Below, one piece after another: positions 19,249 to 29,387 of a stretch of DNA of 64,000 bases. How positions within the stretch are numbered: position 1 is the stretch's first letter; each line of letters begins with the position of its first letter. Below the pieces are notes generated by a model. It saw nothing but the letters and a program-made list of their open reading frames with translations. It was not told the origin of the DNA and searched no databases. A program made the position numbers and the translations under genes. The DNA comes from a virus, in the IMG/VR virus record IMGVR_UViG_3300025876_000020, positions 2,845 to 66,844 of that record. One strand, 5' to 3'.

Positions 19249-21543
19249 CTACTTGAACTCTGCCAACCATGGAGTTGTCCTAATCTTTTGAGAGGAGGAC
19301 ACTCCACTTTTTGTACTTATCCAGAAGTTAGATTGTGTCGTTGAGGTATATCCACGCGCTATATCAAAATGCACTGTATCTCCCATATAATTAGGGCCAG
19401 CACCACCTGCTGGTGTATAGCCTCTACCTCTCACAAAACTAACAAATCTTCTAGCTATCTTAGTCCAACTACTATTATCACTAATCGGTAACACTCTACC
19501 TTGTGAATCATAAACTTTAAAGTCTGCGGCCATTCCCCCATAACCACCATTTACACTATACACATTATGTCTAGATGATCCAAAGCTGTTACCACTGGTT
19601 TGTCCACCGCTAGTTATTTCGACTCGCTGAGCATTTATAGCACCTGCTGCATAAGTCAACGCCTCATATAGGTCAGGGTGAATAGGCTTATTGCGTATCT
19701 TGCCGCTATTTTTATAAATAACAGGAGTTTGTGTAACTATATCTGAACCTGTCGTATTGGAAGAAGCTGTAAGTACCTCATCTGCATACGCCATAATGTC
19801 ATATGGATCTCCTATAGCTAACCGCACCTCGCAATCAACTGTATGAGCTACAGTATTTAAATATACCTGCCACCCTGCATCTTTAAACTTTTTTGTTGTT
19901 TTATCTTCACTAGGTGTCTTTTTAGGTAGAGTACCAAATACTGTGTTATATGCCGCTGGAGTTAAATCTATGCGTGGACTATCTCCTTCACCAGGACCAA
20001 TTACTCTTACGTATTTTCTGTCTTGAGAACCACGTGGTGTTAATATAGCATATAACCCTCTTTCTTGTATCGCCTCAGCAATACTATCGGAAGGAGCATC
20101 GTCATACCCATCAAAAAACTTAGTAAATATACTAGACAGAAATACACCTTCGTTAAATTCCTTTGGTAATTCTTCAATGCTAAAATGTCCAGTATGACCA
20201 TCAGCTTCATCCCCCTTTGAGAACGTATAATCATTTGCTATTTTATTAATTGCAAACGCACCTGTCTCATCTAGATTAGCAGGTTTACCTAATAGTACTT
20301 GTGCTGCTCTCACACCATCACCTTCAGAATTTAAACCCGACGGGCAATAGTCTGGTACTTTAGCAATACCGACTTTACCTTGTTTTCGTCGATCCGCAGA
20401 ACTAGTATCTAATATTAGTACCTTCTCTTCTTTATTATAGTAGCTTCCTACAGAACCAATAGTCTGTGGACTAAAAATAATTGACTTGGTTATTCTTACA
20501 AATCTATCATCGTCACCGGTTTTATAAGACGTATTGTCGTTACTAATTCTAATCCCACCTTGAGAAGTCTGTGGTGCATCTGATGCTCCTATATCACCTG
20601 TAGGATATATACCATCATTATATCGAGTATATTTTTTACCGTTTGCTTGACCAGTACTAATATTTGCTGGTGTACTTGTATTATCTCTATAAGGATTATA
20701 CCGTAAGGCGCTTTGAGCTTTATCTGCACATCCACCTAGTTCAGCTGATATTTCAGTTAAAATGTTTGTAGCCACCTGATCTAGATCAAAGAAACTTTTA
20801 ACATCAGGTGTATATAGTAATGGTTGTCCGTTACTGTCTCTATAACTTCTTGCATCATTACCATTTGCTACCAAATGATTTAAAACGCCTTCAATATTCT
20901 CTTTACCAACAAAGGCTTCCTGTGTATTACTCCATGCCTGTTTAGCTGTTTGAGTAATACTTGCAACACCATTAGCGAACATTTCAGGTATACTATTTCG
21001 TACAGCATCATCTAACCCGTTATACAAGTTTGTTAATGTACCTGCAACACTCCCAACGTCAAAGGAGTTACTGCTAGTTTTATTAGATCCAACCTGTGCA
21101 AGTCTTCCAACACTATCTGACGTTTCAGAGAAAATATTGCATGGTGAATTCCAACAATCACTTGCAGCCTCTTTCAATGAATCGATAAACTCCACCTCAT
21201 CATCTCCACGAGTTACATCAGGGTAATTAGAATCATTAAATATTGCATTTATTCTATCTATCTCACCACTAAAGAAGGGATGAGACTTCATTTTATCACA
21301 GTAAAAATTTAGAGTTGATTGATCGAGGTTAGCACTATTAATAACAAGGGTTTCAATAGCTCTTCTTGCTGCATCAATATCACCATTATTCCAAGCCGCG
21401 TGAAAGTTTACAGCAATATCTACATCCACTTCAAAGTCAGGATCATCTACAAGCTCACAGAAGGGTGTAGCATACGCTAAGTAGTCTTTACTTAACGCAT
21501 TACCGAACAGCTTTTCGTGCATATTATTTCCGTATATTACCAT
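19249..21543 (-). CDS. Baseplate-associated peptidoglycan hydrolase: RlpA-like DPBB segment plus C-terminal peptidase M15-like domain
   Basis: VRVIGPG...RIDLTPAAY is DPBB-like. VEITSGG...SSRH...G.AADF...HFD gives the M15 Zn ligands H, D, H. It follows the hub gene. Confidence 0.65.
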   Translation of the reverse strand: MVIYGNNMHEKLFGNALSKDYLAYATPFCELVDDPDFEVDVDIAVNFHAAWNNGDIDAARRAIETLVINSANLDQSTLNFYCDKMKSHPFFSGEIDRINAIFNDSNYPDVTRGDDEVEFIDSLKEAASDCWNSPCNIFSETSDSVGRLAQVGSNKTSSNSFDVGSVAGTLTNLYNGLDDAVRNSIPEMFANGVASITQTAKQAWSNTQEAFVGKENIEGVLNHLVANGNDARSYRDSNGQPLLYTPDVKSFFDLDQVATNILTEISAELGGCADKAQSALRYNPYRDNTSTPANISTGQANGKKYTRYNDGIYPTGDIGASDAPQTSQGGIRISNDNTSYKTGDDDRFVRITKSIIFSPQTIGSVGSYYNKEEKVLILDTSSADRRKQGKVGIAKVPDYCPSGLNSEGDGVRAAQVLLGKPANLDETGAFAINKIANDYTFSKGDEADGHTGHFSIEELPKEFNEGVFLSSIFTKFFDGYDDAPSDSIAEAIQERGLYAILTPRGSQDRKYVRVIGPGEGDSPRIDLTPAAYNTVFGTLPKKTPSEDKTTKKFKDAGWQVYLNTVAHTVDCEVRLAIGDPYDIMAYADEVLTASSNTTGSDIVTQTPVIYKNSGKIRNKPIHPDLYEALTYAAGAINAQRVEITSGGQTSGNSFGSSRHNVYSVNGGYGGMAADFKVYDSQGRVLPISDNSSWTKIARRFVSFVRGRGYTPAGGAGPNYMGDTVHFDIARGYTSTTQSNFWISTKSGVSSSQKIRTTPWLAEFK

Positions 21544-21549
21544 GTCTTA

Positions 21550-23058
21550 TTATTTAGTTGTTAAGATTTTTTTAACATTACCAAAAAAATCTGTGGTACC
21601 GGTTACTAGCTTTTTTAACCCCTCCTTTACTGCAGGTATAACATCACCCAGAGTTTCTACTACATCACCTGCTAGTAATACTAATGGGTAGAGATCACTA
21701 TACATTACCTCGTAACTTTGGTCATTACCAGTCAATCGTACTGCAGTAATTTCATTTGTATGATCTAACCCGTTAAATATATGCTTTACAGATACAACAA
21801 ACCATGGTTGTTTATCAAACTTAGGACCGTCACCGTTAATAGTTATAAACATACCCGGCTTTCTATACATCTTACCAGGTACATTTAAGATAATACTTTC
21901 ACCTAAACATAAAAAGCTTCTTTTAGTCTTATTTTGTACACTATTTTTTAAAATGTCTACACCATCACTCTCTTTATTGTTATCACGTGCAACTGTAAAA
22001 AGCTTTTTATCTGCCTTACGTAAAAGTGGTATATTAGAATATATGGGGCCCCTCAACTTTAAGTCATCTGATTCAAACGAACTTACTATAGATGTAAAGT
22101 CTAACAGCTCAACTCGAGTTTCTGTTAAATCCTCACCAGTTAAATCAAGTTGATAATCTCCCCAGTGCTTACCTCTAGCCAGGTCTAGATCTGCCTCTAG
22201 TATTTGATAGTCCTCAATGTTATTTGTAGTTAGTGTTCCTGACTTACCAGTATATGGAGCTATGTTAAACTCTTCTAGATATACACTACTGTAATCACGA
22301 CCACTTTCTATATTACCGGAAATATACGCATTTAAAAAATCAGCATGGTCATCTGTAAATAAGTCCTTAAAGGTTAACCTACGACCTGCATTTTCTGTTG
22401 AGACTATCTTAAGAATTGGTAGCTTACCAGATATATTTGTACTTAAAGCCATTTTAGATAGAATATCATACAACGACTCATTCGTATTATCCCTAAAAGA
22501 TATAAAATCACCAGTTACAGGCGTCTCAATAAACTCTCCAAGTATATTACCCTCACCTCTAGTGAGTATTTTTTCCTGCCACGTATTAATAATTCTTTTC
22601 ATATGATTAGTGATATTATCACTATCATCATTGCTGAATAGATCAATAGAGTATAAGGACGACTTCTTAAGCAGAGATGAAACTACTTCTTCTATTTTAT
22701 ATACAGCTCTATTGTTTTGAATGTTTTCAGATAGAGACGAGCCATCTTCTATCAACGATAAAAAACTAATCGACTTTTTACCGAGCTGCTTATTTAGAGA
22801 CTCGGTATCCATTATATTAATATCAATATATGTACTGTGACTAGAACTACTATCTAACTTATCTAATAACCTGTGTTTATTGTCAATAGATATAGTTCCC
22901 TTTAATCCCATATCGAGTATATTATCCTCAATCGAGAGATACGAAATTACACCGGGCGATAATGGAAGAGACTCTGTTTTACCGGTAAACTTATTCTCTT
23001 TTATCAGAGATAGGCTAAACTTTAAATTAGTGCCCTTAGTATTTACATCTGTACTCAT
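21550..23058 (-). CDS. Baseplate hub protein (gp27-like)
   Basis: N-terminal IEDNI..MGLKGTISIDN and C-terminal VPG...RKPGMFITI...WFVVSVKHIF...NEITAV. Positioned after the gp53-like gene. Confidence 0.6.
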   Translation of the reverse strand: MSTDVNTKGTNLKFSLSLIKENKFTGKTESLPLSPGVISYLSIEDNILDMGLKGTISIDNKHRLLDKLDSSSSHSTYIDINIMDTESLNKQLGKKSISFLSLIEDGSSLSENIQNNRAVYKIEEVVSSLLKKSSLYSIDLFSNDDSDNITNHMKRIINTWQEKILTRGEGNILGEFIETPVTGDFISFRDNTNESLYDILSKMALSTNISGKLPILKIVSTENAGRRLTFKDLFTDDHADFLNAYISGNIESGRDYSSVYLEEFNIAPYTGKSGTLTTNNIEDYQILEADLDLARGKHWGDYQLDLTGEDLTETRVELLDFTSIVSSFESDDLKLRGPIYSNIPLLRKADKKLFTVARDNNKESDGVDILKNSVQNKTKRSFLCLGESIILNVPGKMYRKPGMFITINGDGPKFDKQPWFVVSVKHIFNGLDHTNEITAVRLTGNDQSYEVMYSDLYPLVLLAGDVVETLGDVIPAVKEGLKKLVTGTTDFFGNVKKILTTK

Positions 23059-23438
23059 TAGGAATTATTCATTTGCGAGAGTATATCTATAACATACTCT
23101 GCCTTTATAAACTTAATAGGTATACCGCTTTTTGCAAGAAATATATAGTCAGGTCTATTAACTAAAAATATTAACCACCATAAAGACATAGTACCATACA
23201 CTTTATGAGAGAGGGTAGTCCAGGGTATATCATAACTTAATTCAGTTTCATTAAAAACACTATCATCTAGATCCTCAGGTAACGATACATTATTAAGCGT
23301 ATTGTAGAAGTAGTGCTGATTATCTATGTTGTCTAATATATTAACGTTAAATATATTTTCATACAGGCTAAGATCTAGACTACTAATATCAGTATCCTTT
23401 ATACTGTTCTGTTTAGCTCCATTGTTAATTGTACTCAT
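23058..23438 (-). CDS. Baseplate wedge gp53-like (LysM-like) protein
   Basis: PWTTLSHKVYGTMSLWWLIFLVN is the gp53/tail-X signature. Confidence 0.75.
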   Translation of the reverse strand: MSTINNGAKQNSIKDTDISSLDLSLYENIFNVNILDNIDNQHYFYNTLNNVSLPEDLDDSVFNETELSYDIPWTTLSHKVYGTMSLWWLIFLVNRPDYIFLAKSGIPIKFIKAEYVIDILSQMNNS

Positions 23439-23468
23439 TATTAATGTTGTTTAATTTAACGTTCTGGG

Positions 23469-24881
23469 TTATAACCCAGTACCAAAAGTCCCCGAACCGC
23501 CAAAGGCACCGTCAAAATCATAGTTCCCCGCGCCATAGACTTTCTTCTTCACCTCATCTGGCAGAGTTTCCGCCTTTGCTTTTTCAATCAACGCGGCTTG
23601 GAAATTTATTCTACCTTCGGGAGTATTCTCTTTGAGGTAAGGAGCACTAGTGTTCTGAGGAGCTGATGGATCCTGTGAAGGTGTAGGTCCGAATGTTGCA
23701 ACAGTGTCACCGTCACCAGGTTTTGGTCCACCTGTATCATTTCGACCGACAGATACTTCATTGTCTATTATTCTAACACCAAAACCCTCACCAACCATTA
23801 AGTTTGCGTAGTCAAGTATTAGTGACTGAAGCTCTATAGTAACTTCATATGCATCTGGTATAGGCGCAGTAATATTACCTAGCCCGTTAATGTAAAAACT
23901 CTTATTTCTTACAGTACCTTTAAAATCTACGCTGAGACTCTTAATATAAGCATATGGCATATTAACTAGTCCGGGTAAAGTAATGTCGTACATCTTAGGT
24001 GGCATTGTACGTGCAAAAGATGTTTTATATGGCTTGTTTTGATAAGTTAATAGCCACAAAAATTCGTAGTTTTGTATATATGGTACCTTTGAGCCTCTCT
24101 TGACTGTATTAAACAATGGAATTGTTACAGTTAAGCTAGGCCCCTCGTCGTTGAAATTATAATACTTTGCTTCTTGTATATAAACGCCTGGCTGAGACAA
24201 GTTAACTGCCTGAGACACCTCATTCACCATGTCCATACCAGTATTGATCGCGCCCCTTATAAGTCCTTGATTATCGGCACTACCCCAGTTATTAGTAATT
24301 GTAGGAGGGTTTTCAAAGTAAGGTAAGCAGTACTTAAAGCCGGTATCTTTTGTTAGATAGAGTCCGATTAAAGAACGTAAATAGTTTTGGGTGAGTCTTT
24401 TCGCTTCAGCATCAGATGCTCCGGCTAAATTTTGACTTAAAAATTCGGCGCCTCTGTTTATTAAAGATAGCCCTGAATTAATACCGTCAAGTCCATTTGC
24501 AGCTAGCTGCCTTAGTATACCATTATCTTCACCAGCGCCCAATAACCATTGTTTCATCTGGCTTGTAACTTCCTGAGCGTTTTCAATATCCTTCTGTGCA
24601 GATTCGAAGTAATATAAAGCTTGAGCTAGTTGCGAGTCAAGAATTTGCTCTTTCTCAACCATAAAAAGGTTTGGTATTTTTGCAATTGCAGCTTGTGTTA
24701 GGGCACTCGAAGTACCACCTGCAAACCAACTAAAATCGCGGATAACATCGATACATGTTGATTTAGGTATAGGTTTTCTATATACGTCGTCATTAGGAAT
24801 AGTAGTATCTTGACTACCACTCTTTAAAAAAGTGGCTAACCTAGCTTCCTTTACATCTTCAAATTTATCTATATAATACAT
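23469..24881 (-). CDS. Baseplate tail-tube cap/initiator (gp48-like)
   Basis: PPKMYDITLPG...YAYIKSLSVDF...PDAYEVTIELQ is a tube-fold pattern, supported by synteny. Confidence 0.5.
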   Translation of the reverse strand: MYYIDKFEDVKEARLATFLKSGSQDTTIPNDDVYRKPIPKSTCIDVIRDFSWFAGGTSSALTQAAIAKIPNLFMVEKEQILDSQLAQALYYFESAQKDIENAQEVTSQMKQWLLGAGEDNGILRQLAANGLDGINSGLSLINRGAEFLSQNLAGASDAEAKRLTQNYLRSLIGLYLTKDTGFKYCLPYFENPPTITNNWGSADNQGLIRGAINTGMDMVNEVSQAVNLSQPGVYIQEAKYYNFNDEGPSLTVTIPLFNTVKRGSKVPYIQNYEFLWLLTYQNKPYKTSFARTMPPKMYDITLPGLVNMPYAYIKSLSVDFKGTVRNKSFYINGLGNITAPIPDAYEVTIELQSLILDYANLMVGEGFGVRIIDNEVSVGRNDTGGPKPGDGDTVATFGPTPSQDPSAPQNTSAPYLKENTPEGRINFQAALIEKAKAETLPDEVKKKVYGAGNYDFDGAFGGSGTFGTGL

Positions 24882-24886
24882 AATTA

Positions 24887-26407
24887 TTATGTGGGTTGCT
24901 CAGAGAAAGTCTTCCTGATACTTGATGTTGTATTCTGAGCAGCTCTACCAGACTGAGAAACTTGCACAACTGAGCCCTTCGTCTGATTTATACTCGTATT
25001 GGTAGCAATGACTCTTAAGAGCTCCGTCTGATCTTGCGCTATTTGTGCTATCCTCTTATTAATGCTTACTTCTTGTTGTAAGAGAGTATCACTAAGCTTG
25101 TTACCACCACTCTTAATAGCGCTATCGATAAGCCTATCAACAGCACCACCTGTCTTTATTCCTAACACATCATCTTGATTATCAAGACGTGTAATGGAAC
25201 CATCACTGTGTTTAACAAAATCAGTAAAGGGTTGATTAAAGATTATATCATCCCGGTTCCATTCCTGATCAACCTCATCCTCATTCTGTTGGTCTTTCTG
25301 TTTAAGGTTAACCTTAAATATGTCTAACACTGTTGAACCTACCCCTGACAAGTCAGCACCTAAAGTATCTAAAAATTTATTCATAACCCACCTGCCTGCA
25401 AAATCACCACCAACAGCACCAACGAAAGTACCAAATCCCGGCCCGAGAAGTGCAGAACCAATAGCAGCACCAATAGTGATACCTCCAATAGCACCTACCC
25501 CCTCTAGTACTCTTCTACCGATTATTTGGTCTAGCTCTGCCTTATCTATCTGCCTGTTCTTATGCATATCTATTGCACTCTTGATATCATAAGTAGCAAA
25601 TAATCCCTCTATGATTGTACTCAACCCCGGTACCCTTTTTAGTATGCCACCCATTTTTGATAGAGAAATATGTTTTGAAATTACACCACCCATAGCCGCT
25701 AATGGCGCCTTTACTGCTGCAGGTATCATAGCACCTGCACGTGTAGCCACATTCCTAGCGGCTGTCTTAGTCTTATCCCACCATGTAGGTACTCTTGCGG
25801 CACTGTTGGCAGCAGTTGCACCAGCCGCGGTGGTTATGCTTCCGGATGCTGCTCTCCCGGGAGGCGCTGCAGTTCCCGGACCCGCTCGTCTAGCCGGCCT
25901 TGGCGCTGCTCCGCCTCTAGATAATAAACCTAATTTTACTAGCATTCTAGTCACAGCGCGCATCATATCATCTAAAAGAGTTTTTAGTGGTGAAAGCAGC
26001 TTAGTTAACTTTTCTTGTAAGAAGGTAGCCGCGGTGCCTAACACGCTACCTATTAACATCAGCAGTTTAGATAAGAAACCGTCTTTACTCTTTTCTTTAA
26101 GTGTAACGTCTTTCTCTGAGCCACTAATACGCATCTTTTCTGATACTTTAGCAGCTTGTAGTTTTTCCGCCTCCGGTCCAGCAAAAACAACGTCTTTAAA
26201 TATACCAAAAACTTGTTTAAATCTAGATGTTTCATTACTAGATAAAGATGAGTCAACCTTGAGAATCTCCTTAAGATCGTCTCCCTCGTTGTCTTTTATT
26301 ACTGCATTAGTCCCTTTAACAACACCACGTTCACCACTTATACCCATGAGACCACTTATCATCTCGCGAGCGTCTGAGCTAATTATACCAGTGTCGTTAC
26401 TTTCCAC
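24887..26407 (-). CDS. Tape-measure / gp29-like hub protein
   Basis: Ala/Gly-rich hydrophobic helices (GAIGGITIGAAIGSALLGPGFGTFVGAVGG). Lies between the gp26-like and gp48-like genes. Confidence 0.55.
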   Translation of the reverse strand: MESNDTGIISSDAREMISGLMGISGERGVVKGTNAVIKDNEGDDLKEILKVDSSLSSNETSRFKQVFGIFKDVVFAGPEAEKLQAAKVSEKMRISGSEKDVTLKEKSKDGFLSKLLMLIGSVLGTAATFLQEKLTKLLSPLKTLLDDMMRAVTRMLVKLGLLSRGGAAPRPARRAGPGTAAPPGRAASGSITTAAGATAANSAARVPTWWDKTKTAARNVATRAGAMIPAAVKAPLAAMGGVISKHISLSKMGGILKRVPGLSTIIEGLFATYDIKSAIDMHKNRQIDKAELDQIIGRRVLEGVGAIGGITIGAAIGSALLGPGFGTFVGAVGGDFAGRWVMNKFLDTLGADLSGVGSTVLDIFKVNLKQKDQQNEDEVDQEWNRDDIIFNQPFTDFVKHSDGSITRLDNQDDVLGIKTGGAVDRLIDSAIKSGGNKLSDTLLQQEVSINKRIAQIAQDQTELLRVIATNTSINQTKGSVVQVSQSGRAAQNTTSSIRKTFSEQPT

Positions 26408-26415
26408 ATATTTAT

Positions 26416-27153
26416 TTAATCACTAGCCAGGAAACTCGCGTCAATTTCTACAATAGTTCCATCTTCTAGCGTTAAATTTTTCTCTTCTTTTTTCTTAAAC
26501 TCACCAATCCATAGCAGTACCTCGTTGTTAAGCTTAAGGGGTAATGATTCGACTAACTTCTTACTCTCATATATATTAAAATCATCAAATACAAATATAT
26601 TGTCACCGAGCTTTACACTCTTAATAAACTTAACTACTTCATGAGTAACTGCCATATTCAGGGTCTCCTTTTCCTTTTTATTATCAGTTAGTTTAGATAG
26701 TTCCGATATTAACTTTTTATTCATAGCAGTATCTCTAGCTAATGTAGGTATAACTACCTCAACTGTAATACCGTTATACTCCAGTACATCTTCATACTTA
26801 AAGTCGAAGGATGGCTCTGGTAACTTATTAAGATCGTGCCGCTCATCATCAACAATATAATTATTACTAAGTGACTCTTTTCTAAGACCAAGAAGAACAT
26901 AAGACCTATCCGCTAAGGAGAACTCTACAGGCTCTTCGCAATTATCCTTCAGGATATCATTATATATGTTATTACTTTTGATTACCCCGGTAAACCCTTC
27001 AAATGCTGTTTTTAGTACACTCTTATGCTGCTGTACATTAAACAAACTAAAATTATAACTCTTACCCTGTGAAGGTACTGTTAATTTAGTCTTGTTCTTT
27101 TCGCTTAAACTATCTAAATCCTTAATGAAGTTGCTTAAAGCTTCGTTGCTCAT
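26416..27153 (-). CDS. Baseplate hub assembly chaperone (gp26-like)
   Basis: LTVPSQGK.YNF..FNVQQHK..L, LADRSYVLLGLRKES and C-terminal EIDASF. The start was reassigned to MSNEAL, which follows TATAAATA-N5. Confidence 0.65.
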   Translation of the reverse strand: MSNEALSNFIKDLDSLSEKNKTKLTVPSQGKSYNFSLFNVQQHKSVLKTAFEGFTGVIKSNNIYNDILKDNCEEPVEFSLADRSYVLLGLRKESLSNNYIVDDERHDLNKLPEPSFDFKYEDVLEYNGITVEVVIPTLARDTAMNKKLISELSKLTDNKKEKETLNMAVTHEVVKFIKSVKLGDNIFVFDDFNIYESKKLVESLPLKLNNEVLLWIGEFKKKEEKNLTLEDGTIVEIDASFLASD

Positions 27154-27182
27154 GGCTTTATTTATACCAAGTATTGTAATAC

Positions 27183-28001
27183 TCAACCCATTAGTCGTTC
27201 CTTTTTCTCTATCTCTTCATTTTCTTTTTGAACGCGTTCAGCATGTATCTTTAGTAATAACTTAACTTCATTAAACGTTAAATTGAAAAAATCACCAGAC
27301 CCGTTGCTTATAAACTGATTATAATTATAAAGAGTCTCATAAAAATATAAAAGATCTAGTTTGAATATAGAGCTCATAAAGTATATAACACCATTACCTA
27401 TAACGTTAATGTTTATTTCAGATATATCAAAATCTTTATTTTCTTCTATTATTGTCAAGTCAAACAGAGAGTTTGATAAATCAGTTAGATACTCTTGTAT
27501 GAGTACAAACATGGCTGTAGGTAACCTATCTAGTATTTGATTTTTTTCGTCATAACTAATAGATGTAAAGTCTATGATATTATCTTTATATCTAACCTGG
27601 CGTATTGTGTATTGATATAAATCATCAATACTTTGAAAATACGAACCTACAGGTATATCTACTAATACGGTTAAACCATCTACAGATAATTCCTTCTCAA
27701 CGCTAGTATGGTTATCTAATAGTTTTTCAAGTATATCATCTATACTATAAGATATATCAACATCATCCTTACCTACGAATGCTAATTTACTACCAACGAA
27801 TAGCTTCCTTACATACAACAGAACAAAGAACCTATCAAATATATCTAAGTCAGGTGTTAGGTATAATTTCTCAAAATATAAGTTTAGACCTTTGAAGTCA
27901 CTGTTATGACAAAACTTAAGAATAGGTAAATAATCCTCATTATTCAATTCATTTACCCTTATGGTCTTACCACTAGGTAAGTCTAGCTCTATACTGAACA
28001 C
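27183..28001 (-). CDS. Second gp26/gp51-like hub assembly protein
   Basis: LDLPSGKTIRVNEL and LDIFDRFFVLLYVRK parallel the neighbouring gene. The C-terminus is gp51-like (FFNLTFNEVKLLL). Confidence 0.55.
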   Translation of the reverse strand: MFSIELDLPSGKTIRVNELNNEDYLPILKFCHNSDFKGLNLYFEKLYLTPDLDIFDRFFVLLYVRKLFVGSKLAFVGKDDVDISYSIDDILEKLLDNHTSVEKELSVDGLTVLVDIPVGSYFQSIDDLYQYTIRQVRYKDNIIDFTSISYDEKNQILDRLPTAMFVLIQEYLTDLSNSLFDLTIIEENKDFDISEININVIGNGVIYFMSSIFKLDLLYFYETLYNYNQFISNGSGDFFNLTFNEVKLLLKIHAERVQKENEEIEKKERLMG

Positions 28002-28037
28002 AATATAGTTAGTTGCAACTCCTCTAAAATCAACGGG

Positions 28038-28736
28038 CTAGTGTAGTAACTTATACTTAGAGAAGGTAAAGGATGTTGTTCTCTCTAAGTCGTCTTGTGT
28101 AAGCTCATTGTAGCTTAATTGATCACCCTCGATATTAATAGGAGCACAATCTTCGAACAGATAAGATTTTCGTTTATTATAGTGACTACCAAACTTAACA
28201 AATTGTGATTGCCCTTCATAACCGCTTGGGTTACGTGAGTGTAAGTTAATTTGTATATCACACTTTAAGTCACGTGCATCAAATTCATCTTCAATTAGAC
28301 CATAGTATGATGTCGCAACTAACCATGGTCTAATAAACATATCAACAATATCCTTATTCTGCTCTAAAAACGTTATATCTAGTTTATTACCGCTACCGTA
28401 ATCAACTCTACGGTCACCATAATATCCGGCTACAAAACCACCTGAACCTTTAACTGGAAGTGTACCTACTGTCACTTGCTCACTAGGAAGAGCTACTGAC
28501 TGTGCAAAGATAAATCCAATATTATCGTCTGATCGTTTATCGAATAGGTTAGGTATAACAGCAAACCTCTTATCGTCATAATCCTGCAGTACCCGTGCAA
28601 CAGATACACCAACATTCTCCATTAATGCTCCCATACGGCCTGTAAAGTTAACAGTCCATAAAAATTTAGTCGGTATATCATTATCCCAAGACCGGGAAAG
28701 TGAATCGAGCCGACTGCCTATAGGATCAACAGACAT
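28038..28736 (-). CDS. Tail tube-like baseplate initiator (gp54-like)
   Basis: AQSVALP...LDITFLE...FIRPW...Y.FEDCAP..I....LSY is a tube-fold pattern. Adjacent to gp19. Confidence 0.6.
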   Translation of the reverse strand: MSVDPIGSRLDSLSRSWDNDIPTKFLWTVNFTGRMGALMENVGVSVARVLQDYDDKRFAVIPNLFDKRSDDNIGFIFAQSVALPSEQVTVGTLPVKGSGGFVAGYYGDRRVDYGSGNKLDITFLEQNKDIVDMFIRPWLVATSYYGLIEDEFDARDLKCDIQINLHSRNPSGYEGQSQFVKFGSHYNKRKSYLFEDCAPINIEGDQLSYNELTQDDLERTTSFTFSKYKLLH

Positions 28737-28739
28737 ATA

Positions 28740-29300
28740 TTAGGATTGAGCAGCGCCAGTCTGTTTGTAGAAGTGATATGACATAGTTACATCCATCTCA
28801 ACTGTAGTACCAGTACCTGTAGCCATTTGATACTCAATAGCGCCAATATCACGAATTGAAGCACCATATAACATGTAATCGGAAATAGGCTCGAGCTTCT
28901 TATTGAGCTGCTGTAAGTGAATATAGTGCTCTTGAGTAGGTGTAGAATACTGACCGGTTGATGTTGAGTCATCGAAGACGATACGTGATGCAGCTTCCAT
29001 TTTGTTTCTTAGTTCAGAATTTGCATCTAAGTAAAACTTAAGATTAAATGCCTCAGATCCTGGATAGGTAACACTACCTGGAATATTAAAGTTCAATCCC
29101 ATATAAGGTGTTTGAATGTTACTAATATTTCTTGCAGGTAAACTTGCAGCCTTGGCGTAAACTAACTCACTAGGCTCTAGTCCTACACCACCCGCTAATA
29201 CGATATCGTGTACCCTAAAAAGAAAGTCACGAGCAAAATCTCTCGATTGAGCGCGATCGTAGAAGGTCTCTATGTTCTGATTTGATCTGAAGTTTGACAT
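28740..29300 (-). CDS. gp19: Tail tube protein
   Basis: FARDFLFRV...YAKAASLPAR...PYMG...PG...LRNKME...IGAIEY. Directly downstream of the sheath gene. Confidence 0.85.
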   Translation of the reverse strand: MSNFRSNQNIETFYDRAQSRDFARDFLFRVHDIVLAGGVGLEPSELVYAKAASLPARNISNIQTPYMGLNFNIPGSVTYPGSEAFNLKFYLDANSELRNKMEAASRIVFDDSTSTGQYSTPTQEHYIHLQQLNKKLEPISDYMLYGASIRDIGAIEYQMATGTGTTVEMDVTMSYHFYKQTGAAQS

Positions 29301-29305
29301 ATAAT

Positions 29306-29313
29306 TATTTATA
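29306..29313 (-). promoter_or_regulatory. T4-type late promoter TATAAATA for the tail tube gene
   Basis: Exact consensus 5 nt before the ATG at 29300. Confidence 0.8.
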
Positions 29314-29344
29314 GCATTAAACAGCTTTTATTACATTTTAACAC

Positions 29345-29371
29345 AAAAAAAGCCGGTCCAACGGACCGGCT
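29345..29371 (-). terminator. Rho-independent terminator after the tail sheath gene
   Basis: Minus strand AGCCGGTCC-GTT-GGACCGGCT followed by a T-tract. Confidence 0.85.
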
Positions 29372-29387
29372 CTTGTTATTAAGTATA

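Noticed and set aside
25611-26426. 271-aa plus-strand ORF
   Set aside because: It is an antisense shadow of the Ala/Gly-rich tape-measure-like gene, with no promoter box or recognisable motif. The other short antisense ORFs in the track were rejected on the same grounds.
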